From a virus: 64,000 nucleotides of DNA. Both the position numbers and the translations under genes were made by a program. Shown here one piece after another: positions 1 through 10,200 of this stretch. The DNA lies in IMG/VR virus record IMGVR_UViG_3300050821_008578, positions 14,262-78,261 of that record. One strand, given 5' to 3'. Within the stretch, counting starts at the first letter, position 1, and each line of letters begins with the position of its first letter. The notes beneath the pieces are model-generated. The model made no database searches. It saw only the letters and a program-made list of their open reading frames with translations, and was not told the DNA's origin.

Positions 1-1
1 A

Positions 2-673
2 TCTGATAAATCTTTTATTGATGATATATGGTTACATTGTAATTTACCTAATTCTTTTCCAGCACTTGGTATAAGTTCTCAAGGTAATTTTATTTTAAAA
101 GATATTAAAACAGATTTGAAAAATCCATATAGATATAGATTTACTCAAATAGTTAAAAATTCTAATGATATTTATTTTGATGGTGATCCTGTTTTAACTT
201 CAAATACAGGATTTATAAATAGTTGGGTTGGGTATGGAAGAGAAAAAATAATTCAGAATGTAGATAAGGGTACTGATTCCACTGAACAAGTTATTCCAAA
301 ACCAGTTATGGCACTTACTTCTCAATTAGCTAAAGCTGCAGGAATTAATTCGGTATTTGATGGAATTGGTATTCAAAATAGTAATATAGATACAAATTAT
401 TGGAATTCTTATTTAAATAATTTAACATACTTAGGTATGTTTGGTGCATTAGATGTTACAGTTAGTTTTCAAAATAAATTTATACCAATTCAAATATTAG
501 ATCAAATTAATTTTAAAGATCAAAAAATAGATCAACAATATCCAACAACAAGTGATTATAACACCGGAATTTATTACGTTTCTAAAATAAGTAGAAATGT
601 TGGTAATAAAGCATTTAATACTGTAGTTAGTTTTTCAAGAGAATCTTTTAATGGAATACAAGTTGGTTTATAA
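2..673 (+). CDS. Tail/baseplate hub-like protein, 5' truncated by the window edge
   Basis: The frame is open from position 2 to the stop at 673. It lies directly upstream of the spike gene, and its C-terminal 'GIYYVSKISR...TVVSFSRES' resembles hub-protein beta strands. Confidence 0.6.
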   Translation, partial: SDKSFIDDIWLHCNLPNSFPALGISSQGNFILKDIKTDLKNPYRYRFTQIVKNSNDIYFDGDPVLTSNTGFINSWVGYGREKIIQNVDKGTDSTEQVIPKPVMALTSQLAKAAGINSVFDGIGIQNSNIDTNYWNSYLNNLTYLGMFGALDVTVSFQNKFIPIQILDQINFKDQKIDQQYPTTSDYNTGIYYVSKISRNVGNKAFNTVVSFSRESFNGIQVGL

Positions 674-1908
674 TGTTAATTAATTTTTCAAATTATTTGA
701 AAAAAACAAATGCATTACAACGTGACTATAGAGGTATAGTAGTTAATAATATTGATCCATTAAAAATTGGTAGAATTCAAGTTAATTTACCTAATTTTAT
801 AGAAGGAACTCAATCTGCTAATGGGTCATGGAATTTACCTTGGGTGTATCAAAAATCACCTTCTATGTTAGGTGGTTCAGGTAATTCATCTTCTTTTGCT
901 GTACCTGAAATTGGTAATGAAGTATTTGTTGAATTTAAGGGTGATGTTTATGCCATGTTTTATTCTTATTATTGGCAATCTAGTACAACACATCAAGCTG
1001 ACTTTGATGAAGACTATCCAGCTAGTTATGGATTTAGAGATGTAACTGGTAATTTATTTAAAATAAATAAAGCCAAACAATTTATGCAATTTATTCATTC
1101 TAGTGGATTGCAATGGTTAGTTGATTCATTATCTAATGGTACTTTAACTTCTAATAATACATTAAATTTTTTAGCTCAAGATGGTAAAACCCAATTCACT
1201 ATGGATATGGTGAATGGTAATATAACTTTAAATGCTAGAAATTCAATTACACTTAATGCACCCACTTTAAATCAAAATATTAGTACAGTTACTGGTAATC
1301 AAGGTAATCATAATGATACAGTTGGTGGGTATAGAAATAGCCAAATATATGGGTCTTATATACGATCTATTGGTGGTGATGATGGAGAATCTATTCTTGG
1401 AAATAGATCATCTACAGTAGTTTTAGATGATACTGAATTAATTGGTGGTAATAGTGATTCTACTTATGGTACTGGTAGAAGTGAGACAGTAGTTGAAGGA
1501 AATTATAATACTAGTTTGGAAGCTGGTAATAGAGATGTAACAATATTGTTAGGTAATTATAAAGTTAGTTTAACATCTGGTTCTATCACAATTGAAAATG
1601 CTATATCTACTCTTAGTATGGATATTACTGGTGATATTGAATTAAGTAATGCTACTTCAGAATTATCTATTAGTAGTGTTGGAGATGTTAAATTAGAGAA
1701 TGAAACTTCTTCCTTGGAGTTATCTGTATCAGGTGATATTAAATTAAAAAATGCAGTTGGTGATATTGATATTTCTCCAGCTGGTATTATTACATTAAAT
1801 TCAAGTACTTTTTCTCCTGGTAATGTTTTAACTACCACTTCTGATCCAGTAGTGGATCTTATAACAGGTGTGCCTACAGTAGGTGTACCTGGAGTATTTG
1901 CACAATAA
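673..1908 (+). CDS. Baseplate central spike (gp5/VgrG/GpV-like OB-fold plus beta-helix)
   Basis: Motifs 'YRGIVVNNIDPLKIGRIQV' and 'VPEIGNEVFVEF', followed by repetitive beta-strand repeats. Confidence 0.9.
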   Translation: MLINFSNYLKKTNALQRDYRGIVVNNIDPLKIGRIQVNLPNFIEGTQSANGSWNLPWVYQKSPSMLGGSGNSSSFAVPEIGNEVFVEFKGDVYAMFYSYYWQSSTTHQADFDEDYPASYGFRDVTGNLFKINKAKQFMQFIHSSGLQWLVDSLSNGTLTSNNTLNFLAQDGKTQFTMDMVNGNITLNARNSITLNAPTLNQNISTVTGNQGNHNDTVGGYRNSQIYGSYIRSIGGDDGESILGNRSSTVVLDDTELIGGNSDSTYGTGRSETVVEGNYNTSLEAGNRDVTILLGNYKVSLTSGSITIENAISTLSMDITGDIELSNATSELSISSVGDVKLENETSSLELSVSGDIKLKNAVGDIDISPAGIITLNSSTFSPGNVLTTTSDPVVDLITGVPTVGVPGVFAQ

Positions 1909-1918
1909 GGATAATTAT

Positions 1919-2272
1919 ATGCCTGTTTTTTGGAAATGTTCTGGGTGTTCTAGTCATGGTCATGTTAGTCCTACTACTAAACAGGTATTTGAGGATAAAC
2001 AAGTTATTACTGGTAAAGATGAAAAGGGTGATCCAATAATTGAAACTCGTAAAATGCCAAAATTAACAACACGTAAAAGACAGAATCCTAATGGTACTGT
2101 TTCTGATGTTAATATTCAAGAAGTAGAAGATGTTGAACCAAGAATATTTATAGTTAGATTAGCAATTGGTGAAGAAATAATTCAACGTGATCTTTGTAAA
2201 ACTTGTTTTGATGAATTGAAACCTAAATTACAAAAAATGTGGAAACAATTAGAAAGTATTAAAAATGCTTAG
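1919..2272 (+). CDS. Hypothetical Zn-binding protein (CxxC...CxxC)
   Basis: ATG at 1919 follows AAGGA; contains CSGC and CKTC. Confidence 0.6.
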   Translation: MPVFWKCSGCSSHGHVSPTTKQVFEDKQVITGKDEKGDPIIETRKMPKLTTRKRQNPNGTVSDVNIQEVEDVEPRIFIVRLAIGEEIIQRDLCKTCFDELKPKLQKMWKQLESIKNA

Positions 2273-2861
2273 TGGTCCTAGATTTTCTAATACATTATTT
2301 GGTATAATGACATCAATGGGGTTTATTGGTACTAAATTGATGGAATTTACTAATGCAGTTGGTATTGGATCTGATAGTCATGTTTCTGGTAAATCATTTG
2401 TAACAATAGATACAGGATCAGTTCCTGGTAATGGAGTTGGTGTAGGAACAGGATTAACTGGTATTATTTCAACTACAACTGCTACTGATATATTTGCATT
2501 AGCTTCTAGTTTTGGATTTATTGGAACTAAATTATTTGATACTTGCACAGCTATGGGTGAAGCAATAGTTACTGAAATGGGAAATGCATCTTTAAATTCT
2601 ATCGATACTCCAGTATTTGTTGGTATAGGAATTATTACACCTGGCTCTTTTACTGTTGATCCTACTTCATGGAGTTCTAGTGTTCAAAGTGAAGGAAGTA
2701 GTGAAGGTTTTATAGGTAGTAAATGGCCTGAATTTGCTACAGCAATTGGTACAGGGTATTATCAAGGATTTCAAACAGCTACTGGTGAACTAACTATAAC
2801 AGGATCACCTACAGGTATTCCTGCTCCTGGAACTGGTGCTGGTGTAGGAATAATAACTTAA
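2265..2861 (+). CDS. Gly-rich virion structural protein (putative)
   Basis: 198 aa ORF with internal 'GFIGTKL' repeats, inside the baseplate operon. Confidence 0.55.
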   Translation: MLSGPRFSNTLFGIMTSMGFIGTKLMEFTNAVGIGSDSHVSGKSFVTIDTGSVPGNGVGVGTGLTGIISTTTATDIFALASSFGFIGTKLFDTCTAMGEAIVTEMGNASLNSIDTPVFVGIGIITPGSFTVDPTSWSSSVQSEGSSEGFIGSKWPEFATAIGTGYYQGFQTATGELTITGSPTGIPAPGTGAGVGIIT

Positions 2862-3037
2862 TGGCAAAAGAAAATTGGATAATTCCTGAATTTAAACAAT
2901 TAAAAGATATTACAGAAAATATTAATAAAAGTATTAAAGAACTTAGTGAAAAACAAAATCAAGAGTCAATAAAAAGTCTTGAAAAACTTAAAAAAGTAGC
3001 TGATAAAGCTAGAGAAATAAAGAATAGAAAGTTATAG
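2861..3037 (+). CDS. Small coiled-coil protein (not in the ORF track)
   Basis: ATG overlaps the upstream TAA; MAKENWIIPEF...KNRKL fills the gap exactly. Confidence 0.6.
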   Translation: MAKENWIIPEFKQLKDITENINKSIKELSEKQNQESIKSLEKLKKVADKAREIKNRKL

Positions 3038-3042
3038 ATCTT

Positions 3043-3981
3043 ATGTGGATACGTCGAGATATTGCTGCACCCATACCTGCTGGAATAGGGAGTTTAGCTA
3101 GTGAAGTAGGATCAGTACTTAGTACTGTTAATCCATTACTTACAGCTGCAACTGCTGCTGTTAATGCTGCATCATTATTTTTTAATCCTACTACTAATCC
3201 ATATTCTGCATTAGCTACAGGGTTATTAACTGAAGCACAAGTATTAAATAATGATATATTTTCAACTGGTATTTATGAATTATTTGTATCAGGTGATAAT
3301 GTATCAGGAATTACTGCTCATGATCAATTTGGTATACCTCTATTAACACCCAGACAAGCTATTAATGCTGCTATTGGCTCTTTTAATGACTTAGGTGATG
3401 CAAATAGACCACAATTTAGTATTAATGCTGAAGTATGTGCATTAGGATTACTTGCTACTGCTCCTAGTTCAGCTCAATTTCTTACATTAGTTAATGGATT
3501 ATTAAATATTTTTAATATACCTGATTTATCTAATTTTGCTGTTACTATTAAAAGAAGATCAACTCCTGCAGTACTTCAAGCAGTTCCACCACTTTGGAAG
3601 AATTTTAATTTAGCTTCAATTGGTAATTTAAATACAGCTCAATCAGCAGTAAATAGTGCTATTACAACTGCTCTTGGATATTCATTAGATGCAAGTGCTG
3701 CTATTCAAAATTTAAAAAATGTTATTAGTGGTAAACAAGCACAATTAACTACATTGGAAACCAATTTAAATAATTTAGCCACTAATCTTCAATCTTTTAC
3801 TGGATTATATACATTGAATGTCCCTCCAGCAGTAGGTGGTAATGCATTAATTCAGGCTGCGTTACTTGATTGTCCTTTAGAATTATCTACTAATCAATAT
3901 ACAATAATAGTTCTTTTTGTTGGTGGTAGTGTAGGTGGCACATTAGAAACAGTTAATGCTTTTAGACAAATGGTACTTTAG
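3043..3981 (+). CDS. Putative virion structural protein
   Basis: 312 aa Ala/Asn-rich ORF in the baseplate operon. Confidence 0.55.
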   Translation: MWIRRDIAAPIPAGIGSLASEVGSVLSTVNPLLTAATAAVNAASLFFNPTTNPYSALATGLLTEAQVLNNDIFSTGIYELFVSGDNVSGITAHDQFGIPLLTPRQAINAAIGSFNDLGDANRPQFSINAEVCALGLLATAPSSAQFLTLVNGLLNIFNIPDLSNFAVTIKRRSTPAVLQAVPPLWKNFNLASIGNLNTAQSAVNSAITTALGYSLDASAAIQNLKNVISGKQAQLTTLETNLNNLATNLQSFTGLYTLNVPPAVGGNALIQAALLDCPLELSTNQYTIIVLFVGGSVGGTLETVNAFRQMVL

Positions 3982-3998
3982 AAAGGTAGGATAAGAAA

Positions 3999-4370
3999 AT
4001 TTCAATTTATTCGGATCTTAACCTATTAAATCCACAAAATAGTGCATTAGTATTAGATATAGCAGATATATATCAAAGTCTATATGTTTTATTTAGCACT
4101 GGTCCTAATCAACGTCTTTTTCTACCTCAATATAGTTTAAATATTGAGGAAAATGTTTTTGATTTAATTAATGATATTACTGCATTAGATATTGAAAAGA
4201 ATATAATTGATGCCATTACTAGATGGGAAGCAAGAGTTATTTTAGATTCTAGTAGAACATCTGTTACTCCAGATTATGATAATAATGCTTATAATGTAGT
4301 TATTGCATTTGCTATTCAAGGTGTTAATTCTAATAGTCAATTTACTTATCAAATGTCCTTTACTCAATAA
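3999..4370 (+). CDS. Baseplate wedge protein, gp25/GpW-like, with apparent ATT start (missed by the ORF track)
   Basis: Translates as (M)SIYSDLN...QSLYVLFSTGPNQRLFLPQY...IDAITRWEARV, a gp25 signature. An in-frame TAG lies at 3987-3989 and AGGA lies upstream of the ATT. Confidence 0.85.
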   Translation: MSIYSDLNLLNPQNSALVLDIADIYQSLYVLFSTGPNQRLFLPQYSLNIEENVFDLINDITALDIEKNIIDAITRWEARVILDSSRTSVTPDYDNNAYNVVIAFAIQGVNSNSQFTYQMSFTQ

Positions 4371-4387
4371 AAGTTAAGGGGTTTTAA

Positions 4388-6247
4388 ATGTCTAGTACCA
4401 ATGGGATTGGGTTTATTATAAATCCTCAATCTCTTTCACAATCAGCTATTACCAATGACTTACAAACATGGGTACAAAGTCTCCCAGACTACCAATCATG
4501 GCAATCTTTTTTTGCTTCAAGTGCTGGTACAATAGTACTTCAATTAATTGGTGGTATGGGTGCATACATAGCTAATGCTATTATTGTTGGTCGTAGAGAA
4601 AATTATTTAGCATATACTCAAAATATGAGTTCTGCTATTGCTATTGCAGAAACACTAGGATATTCAGTTGATAGAGGTAGAAATCCAGTAGTTAGTTTTA
4701 CTGTTACTCCTAATGTTACAGGATTATTTAATGCATTTACTTCAGTAGGAACTATTTTAAATAGAGATATAATTTTATTAGAAGATACAGTATTTAATAA
4801 TGGTATTGAAACTACTTTTCAAGCAGTAATTGGACAATTAGTTCAAGAACAACAAACTATTGCAAATTCAAGTCCTCAATTATTTAGATTTCAAACTGGT
4901 CCTGTTTCAGATGATTATCAATTATTATTAAATAGTAATGTAGTTCTAACTTCTAATAGATTGATTGATTTAATAAATCAATATTTCGCAGTAATTTCAA
5001 ATGTATTAGGATCAGTTGATGTAAGTTATTTAAATTTATCTTCTTATTCAGTAATTTATGGTACTGGTGATATTTTAACATTAAATTATATATTACTTCA
5101 AGACACACAATTTTCTCTAGGTGATATAAATTTTGATTATGGTACATTAAATACTTACAGCATAGTATCACTTTACCAAGCACCTGAAACTCTACAAGAG
5201 ATTCAAGTAAATGCACCATTATTTAGTGAAACTCAATTTGTTATTCGTGGTCGTGATGATTATATGAAAATCTTCAAACTATTGAATAATACAATAAATA
5301 GTACTAGTTATATTGATGTTTCTCCTGCAGTAGTTCAATTAACTTATGCTACTAACAACTTTTGTTTATTTACCGATGATGAATTAGCTGAATTTATAAC
5401 TCAATTATCATCTTACAGAGGAATGGGTATTGAACCACCATTGATTAGTCAACCAAGTATAAATTTCTTTAATATGAATATTACTGTAGCATTATCTGGT
5501 AGTGGAAATATTACTACTGATGTTGGTAATATATTGGATGATTATGAACAAGTATTAGGTACTTCTGGAGCAATAGGAACAATACCCTTTTATATAGATT
5601 TTGCAGCTATTGAAAATCAAATTGATGCATTAGATTATGTTCAAATTAGCAGACCAACTTATAATCCTACTACTTGGATAGCTAATACTATTTATTATTT
5701 AGGAAATCATGTCAATGCTTCTCCAGCTAATAATGGGATAATTTATCAAGTAGTTGGATTTATTTATGCAACTGGTTCAATTGAACCTAGTTTTGTATTA
5801 GGTAATGCCACTTATATTGATGGTCGTATTTTATGGACTAAAATTGCACCACCAGTACCTACTCCACCAATTCTTACATGGTCTTCTAGTACTGTATTTC
5901 CACCGGGATCAGTTATTTTAGCTAGCGGTTTTTACTTTCAATCTAGTAATTACACACCTTCTGCTTCAGCTATTCCTGCAGTTCCTGCTCAAGGTACTTA
6001 TGAAGGAGTTACTTATACAGCTAATAATGCTGGAGCTACAGGAAATATAATTACTCTTGATTTTGATGGTACTTCTACTAATGCTGTAATATTAAATAAT
6101 TGGAATGCTGTAAATCCATCTAATCCTGCCTCTATTACTACAGGTAGTCCAACAGGAGTTTCAACTGCTGGTACTCTGACTTTATCAGGTGGAGAAGATG
6201 AAATAACAAATGAACCAGTTTGGGGTAATTTTCCGCCGGCATGCTGA
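4388..6247 (+). CDS. Baseplate wedge subunit (gp6/baseplate J-like) with C-terminal Trp-containing repeat modules
   Basis: Motifs 'FFASSAGTIVLQL...RRENYLAYTQNMSSAIAIAETLGY' and 'ETLQEIQVNAP...RDDY'; follows the gp25-like gene. Confidence 0.88.
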   Translation: MSSTNGIGFIINPQSLSQSAITNDLQTWVQSLPDYQSWQSFFASSAGTIVLQLIGGMGAYIANAIIVGRRENYLAYTQNMSSAIAIAETLGYSVDRGRNPVVSFTVTPNVTGLFNAFTSVGTILNRDIILLEDTVFNNGIETTFQAVIGQLVQEQQTIANSSPQLFRFQTGPVSDDYQLLLNSNVVLTSNRLIDLINQYFAVISNVLGSVDVSYLNLSSYSVIYGTGDILTLNYILLQDTQFSLGDINFDYGTLNTYSIVSLYQAPETLQEIQVNAPLFSETQFVIRGRDDYMKIFKLLNNTINSTSYIDVSPAVVQLTYATNNFCLFTDDELAEFITQLSSYRGMGIEPPLISQPSINFFNMNITVALSGSGNITTDVGNILDDYEQVLGTSGAIGTIPFYIDFAAIENQIDALDYVQISRPTYNPTTWIANTIYYLGNHVNASPANNGIIYQVVGFIYATGSIEPSFVLGNATYIDGRILWTKIAPPVPTPPILTWSSSTVFPPGSVILASGFYFQSSNYTPSASAIPAVPAQGTYEGVTYTANNAGATGNIITLDFDGTSTNAVILNNWNAVNPSNPASITTGSPTGVSTAGTLTLSGGEDEITNEPVWGNFPPAC

Positions 6248-6299
6248 TTTGATTCAGCTTATAATTCGTTTTCCAAAAGTATTGGAGTAAATTTAATTT

Positions 6300-6659
6300 A
6301 TGATTACAATACCTAACTTTACGATAGATAGTGATCTTGTATGGTTGGCTCGTACATTATTTGGTTCTCCTACTACTTGGGCACCAGGTACTAATTATCA
6401 ATTAGGTGATACTGTAATTCCAACACCTACATTTTATACTAATAATCCTTCATTTCCAACAAATTTAATGTTTCAACTTGTGGCATTTGTTGGAAAATCT
6501 AGTGGGTTACAACCATCTTTTCCATTGACAGTTGGTAATACAGTTAATGATAATCAAATACAGTGGTTAGCAATTAATTCAAATGCAAATCCACCTGCAC
6601 TACCATTTGATCAATATTATGTTATTTCTCCTACTATTACGATAGAATCAGCTCAATAA
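6300..6659 (+). CDS. Protein continuing the C-terminal repeat modules of the gp6-like protein
   Basis: 'WAPGTNYQLGDTV...SSGLQPSFP...TVNDNQIQW' matches the modules in the upstream gene. Confidence 0.7.
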   Translation: MITIPNFTIDSDLVWLARTLFGSPTTWAPGTNYQLGDTVIPTPTFYTNNPSFPTNLMFQLVAFVGKSSGLQPSFPLTVGNTVNDNQIQWLAINSNANPPALPFDQYYVISPTITIESAQ

Positions 6660-6674
6660 TCAAATAGGTGTTTT

Positions 6675-7277
6675 ATCGGATTATCATTCAATTCAAATTT
6701 TACTAGTATTTTAGCAATTCCACCAAATTTGCAAGATACACCATTGGTGTCTAAAGTAACATCAATGATTGATTATATTGTTACTACTTATGCAACTCAA
6801 TTTGAAGATATTACATATAAATATTCTAATCCTAATGGTGCTAGTCCAGATGTAATTATTAATGTAATTAATGAATTTGGATTTGAGTATATTACTAGTG
6901 TTATGAGCACAATAACTAATTTTGAATTTAATCAATTATTAAGTTTTTTAAGTTTGATTAATTTACTTAAAGGATCTAGACAAGGTTTAGAATTAGTAAT
7001 GATTCTTCTTGGATTTGATTCTGTTATTACTGAGTGGTGGCAGGCTACACCTCAAGGCACACCATTCACTTATACATTATTAGTTATTATGAATAATTCA
7101 ATTGTTGCTAATCCAACATTAACATTAAATAAATTATTAATATTTGCTAGAGCATATGTTTATCCTACAATTAGTAATTATACATATCAATTTGATTTCC
7201 AATTTGTACAAGCTGCAACTGCATTTGCAGGATTTGGTGATCAGACTTATGACTACTCAATAAGTACAAGGATTTAA
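6675..7277 (+). CDS. Baseplate/tail protein (P2 gpI-like), with probable ATC start
   Basis: 'KGSRQGLELVMILLGFDSVITEWWQ' is gpI-like. The frame extends upstream of TTG 6729 to ATC 6675, which follows AGGTG. Confidence 0.75.
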   Translation: MGLSFNSNFTSILAIPPNLQDTPLVSKVTSMIDYIVTTYATQFEDITYKYSNPNGASPDVIINVINEFGFEYITSVMSTITNFEFNQLLSFLSLINLLKGSRQGLELVMILLGFDSVITEWWQATPQGTPFTYTLLVIMNNSIVANPTLTLNKLLIFARAYVYPTISNYTYQFDFQFVQAATAFAGFGDQTYDYSISTRI

Positions 7278-10200
7278 ATGGCATTTTCTGGAATTTTGAC
7301 AAACGGTGGTTTATCAGCAGCTCAACAAGCTGCAATGAACAACGGTTTTTATATTTCGCCGACTAAATTTGGTGTTAGTAACTTAGCAGGTACTCTAGAT
7401 CCTACTCGTACAATGGCCAATTCAGGCCTTTGGTTTACTGGTCTTATTTCTAGTCGCGTAGTAATAGATCAAAATACTATTGAATTTATTTGTACTATTC
7501 CACCAGGTTCAATACCACCTAATACAACTCAGACAATTCAAGAAGTATATATCTATATACAAAACCCTCTAGGACCATCTCATCCTGATATATTATTTGC
7601 TATTGGTGAAACTAGTGCATCTTCTATTATTGTTTATAATCCAACTGGTTCAGTAACACTTGATTTACAAATAGCAATTTTAAATACTAATTTAGTATCT
7701 GAAATAGTATTTAAATATACTGAAGCAACTGAGATAGCAGCTCATAATACAGACCCCAATGCACACCCAGATTATTTAAATGCTTTACATATAGCAGCTA
7801 TTTTTCCAATAGCTGGTTCTGTTCCATTTATTTATGATGGTCAATCTTATGATCAATTTCCTCAATTTGATGGAACTCCTGCTACATTAATTTATAATGG
7901 AATAACTTTTACTGCTCAGTATAATGGGCCAAATGGTGATTCAATTACTCTAATTTTTGATGGAGTAATGACAGTTGATCAAGTATGTTCTGCTTGGAAT
8001 ACTTCTAATCCTACAAATCCAGTACTAAATAATAGTATGACAGGTACAGAAGTATTACCTGCAAATACTGAAACATTAAGTGGTGGTACTTTAAATGTAG
8101 ATCAACATGATGCTGTATATTGTGATACAGATGGTATATATAAACAAGCACTTGCTAATGGAACTATTCAAGCTCAAGTTATTGGTATTGCAGATTTTAC
8201 TTATAATAAAGTAATATCCCAAGGCTTTATAGCTATGACAACTGGTATAGCTGCTGGTACTAATCTATACTTATCAGCGACTAATCCTGGTAAAATAACT
8301 TCAGAACCTACTGGTGTGTTTCTTGGGTTGCAAGTTTATTCAACCCCAGATACTATATTATTAATTAAATCTGGTGGGTCATCTGGTGGTACTAATAGCC
8401 AATTTGATGCTGTAGTTACTAATGCACCGGGTACAACAAATTATACTACTACCCAATTAGCTATTAATGCTGTTGGTAGTGGTGCTAATATTCTAATTGA
8501 TAAATTAGATGTATTAGGATCATTATTAACTACTAGTGGTAAACAAATAAATTTTGTATTTAATGGTGAATCTACTGGTTGGCAAAGATCAGTTGGTTTA
8601 GTTGAAATTCAATTAATTACATTTGGTTCTACCCCAGCATCAGGAACTTGGAGATTAGAATTTGGTGGTTCAGCAACTACTGATATGGCTTATAATCTTA
8701 ATGCAGCTGGAGTTCAAGCTGCATTAAATGCTATTCCTGCTATTTCTTCTGCTGGTGGATTAACTGTTACAGGAAATTATAGTAGTGGTTTTACTGTTAC
8801 TTGGAATAATCCTGGACCAGAAGCATTATTTACTCAACTTAATACTGGTACTAATGAAATACAAAATGTTAATTTTAGTTCTGTACCAACTACTGGTGCA
8901 TTTAGATTACAATTTTTTGATAGTCCTACTTATGAAACAGATTATCAGAATTATTTAGATAATACTGCACATTTACAAAGTCTTTGTGATGCTGTTCTTG
9001 GTGCTGGTAATAGTCTAATTGGTGGAAGTTTTGGTGCTGGTTATTATCAAATACAATATATTGGTACTAATGCTAAACAACCAATTGTTTTAGTAACAGT
9101 TCAAGAAAATACACTTTATAATGGTGCAACACCAGTAAATACTACTGTATCAGAAGTTCAAGCAGGTGTCAGACCTGCTAATGATTTATATAATGGTTCA
9201 GATGATTTAGTTTCTATTTCTATTACAGAAGTACAACATGGTGCTGTTGTAGGTTCATCAACAGCAATACAATTGAGTGCTAATTATTGTACATTTAATG
9301 GTTTAGGATATATAACAGGATTTACTACAGGAATTGATTTTAATGGTACTATAGGTCATCAGATTGCAGTTGCATTTGATCCAACTACAACTTATCCAAT
9401 AAATCCACGAGGAGCTCTTCCTGATATAGATTATAGTACTGATGGTTCAGTTGGTTTTGCTAATTTTGATAACCCAGAATTTAGAGTAACTCCTCATCCA
9501 ACTAATCCAAATAGAGTTATTGTTAATGGTGCTACAGTTTCCAATATTGATGGAACAGTATTTTCTCAATTATTAAATAATCAGTTATTAGAATTCCCAA
9601 CTTATCAAATTGATTTTGTTGCTGGTAATATTTATGCATCAGATGGTGTTACAGTAATAAGTAGTTTTACTCCATTTGGATTAACTAATAATACTTATAC
9701 TTATTGTGGTATTATTATTGAATCTGGTACTATAAATGCTGATAATACAGTTGTTGGTAATTTAACATTAATAAATGGTGGTAGTGCTATATCTCCTAGT
9801 GCTGCTAGTAAACCAACTCTTTCTCCTGGTTATCCAATTGGGTATGTATTATTAAATGGTACTGGTGGTGGAGTTTCACCATTAGTGCAAACTGATATAA
9901 CATTATTTAATCCAGGTTCTAATAGTACAACTACTGATAATTCTACTGTTTATCCTATATTAGTTCAAGAAACACCTACTGGTATAATCAATGGTACTAA
10001 TACTAATTTTACTTTAAGTCAAACACCTAAAACTATTAATTCAGTATTAGTTTTTGTTGATAATGTTCTTTTATCAAATTCACAATGGTTTTTAACTGGA
10101 ACTAATCTTGATTTAAACACAGCCCCAGCTACAGGTCAAAATGTATATGTATATTATATATCTTCAAATATATATTCTAATGTAACAGCATATCAAGAAC

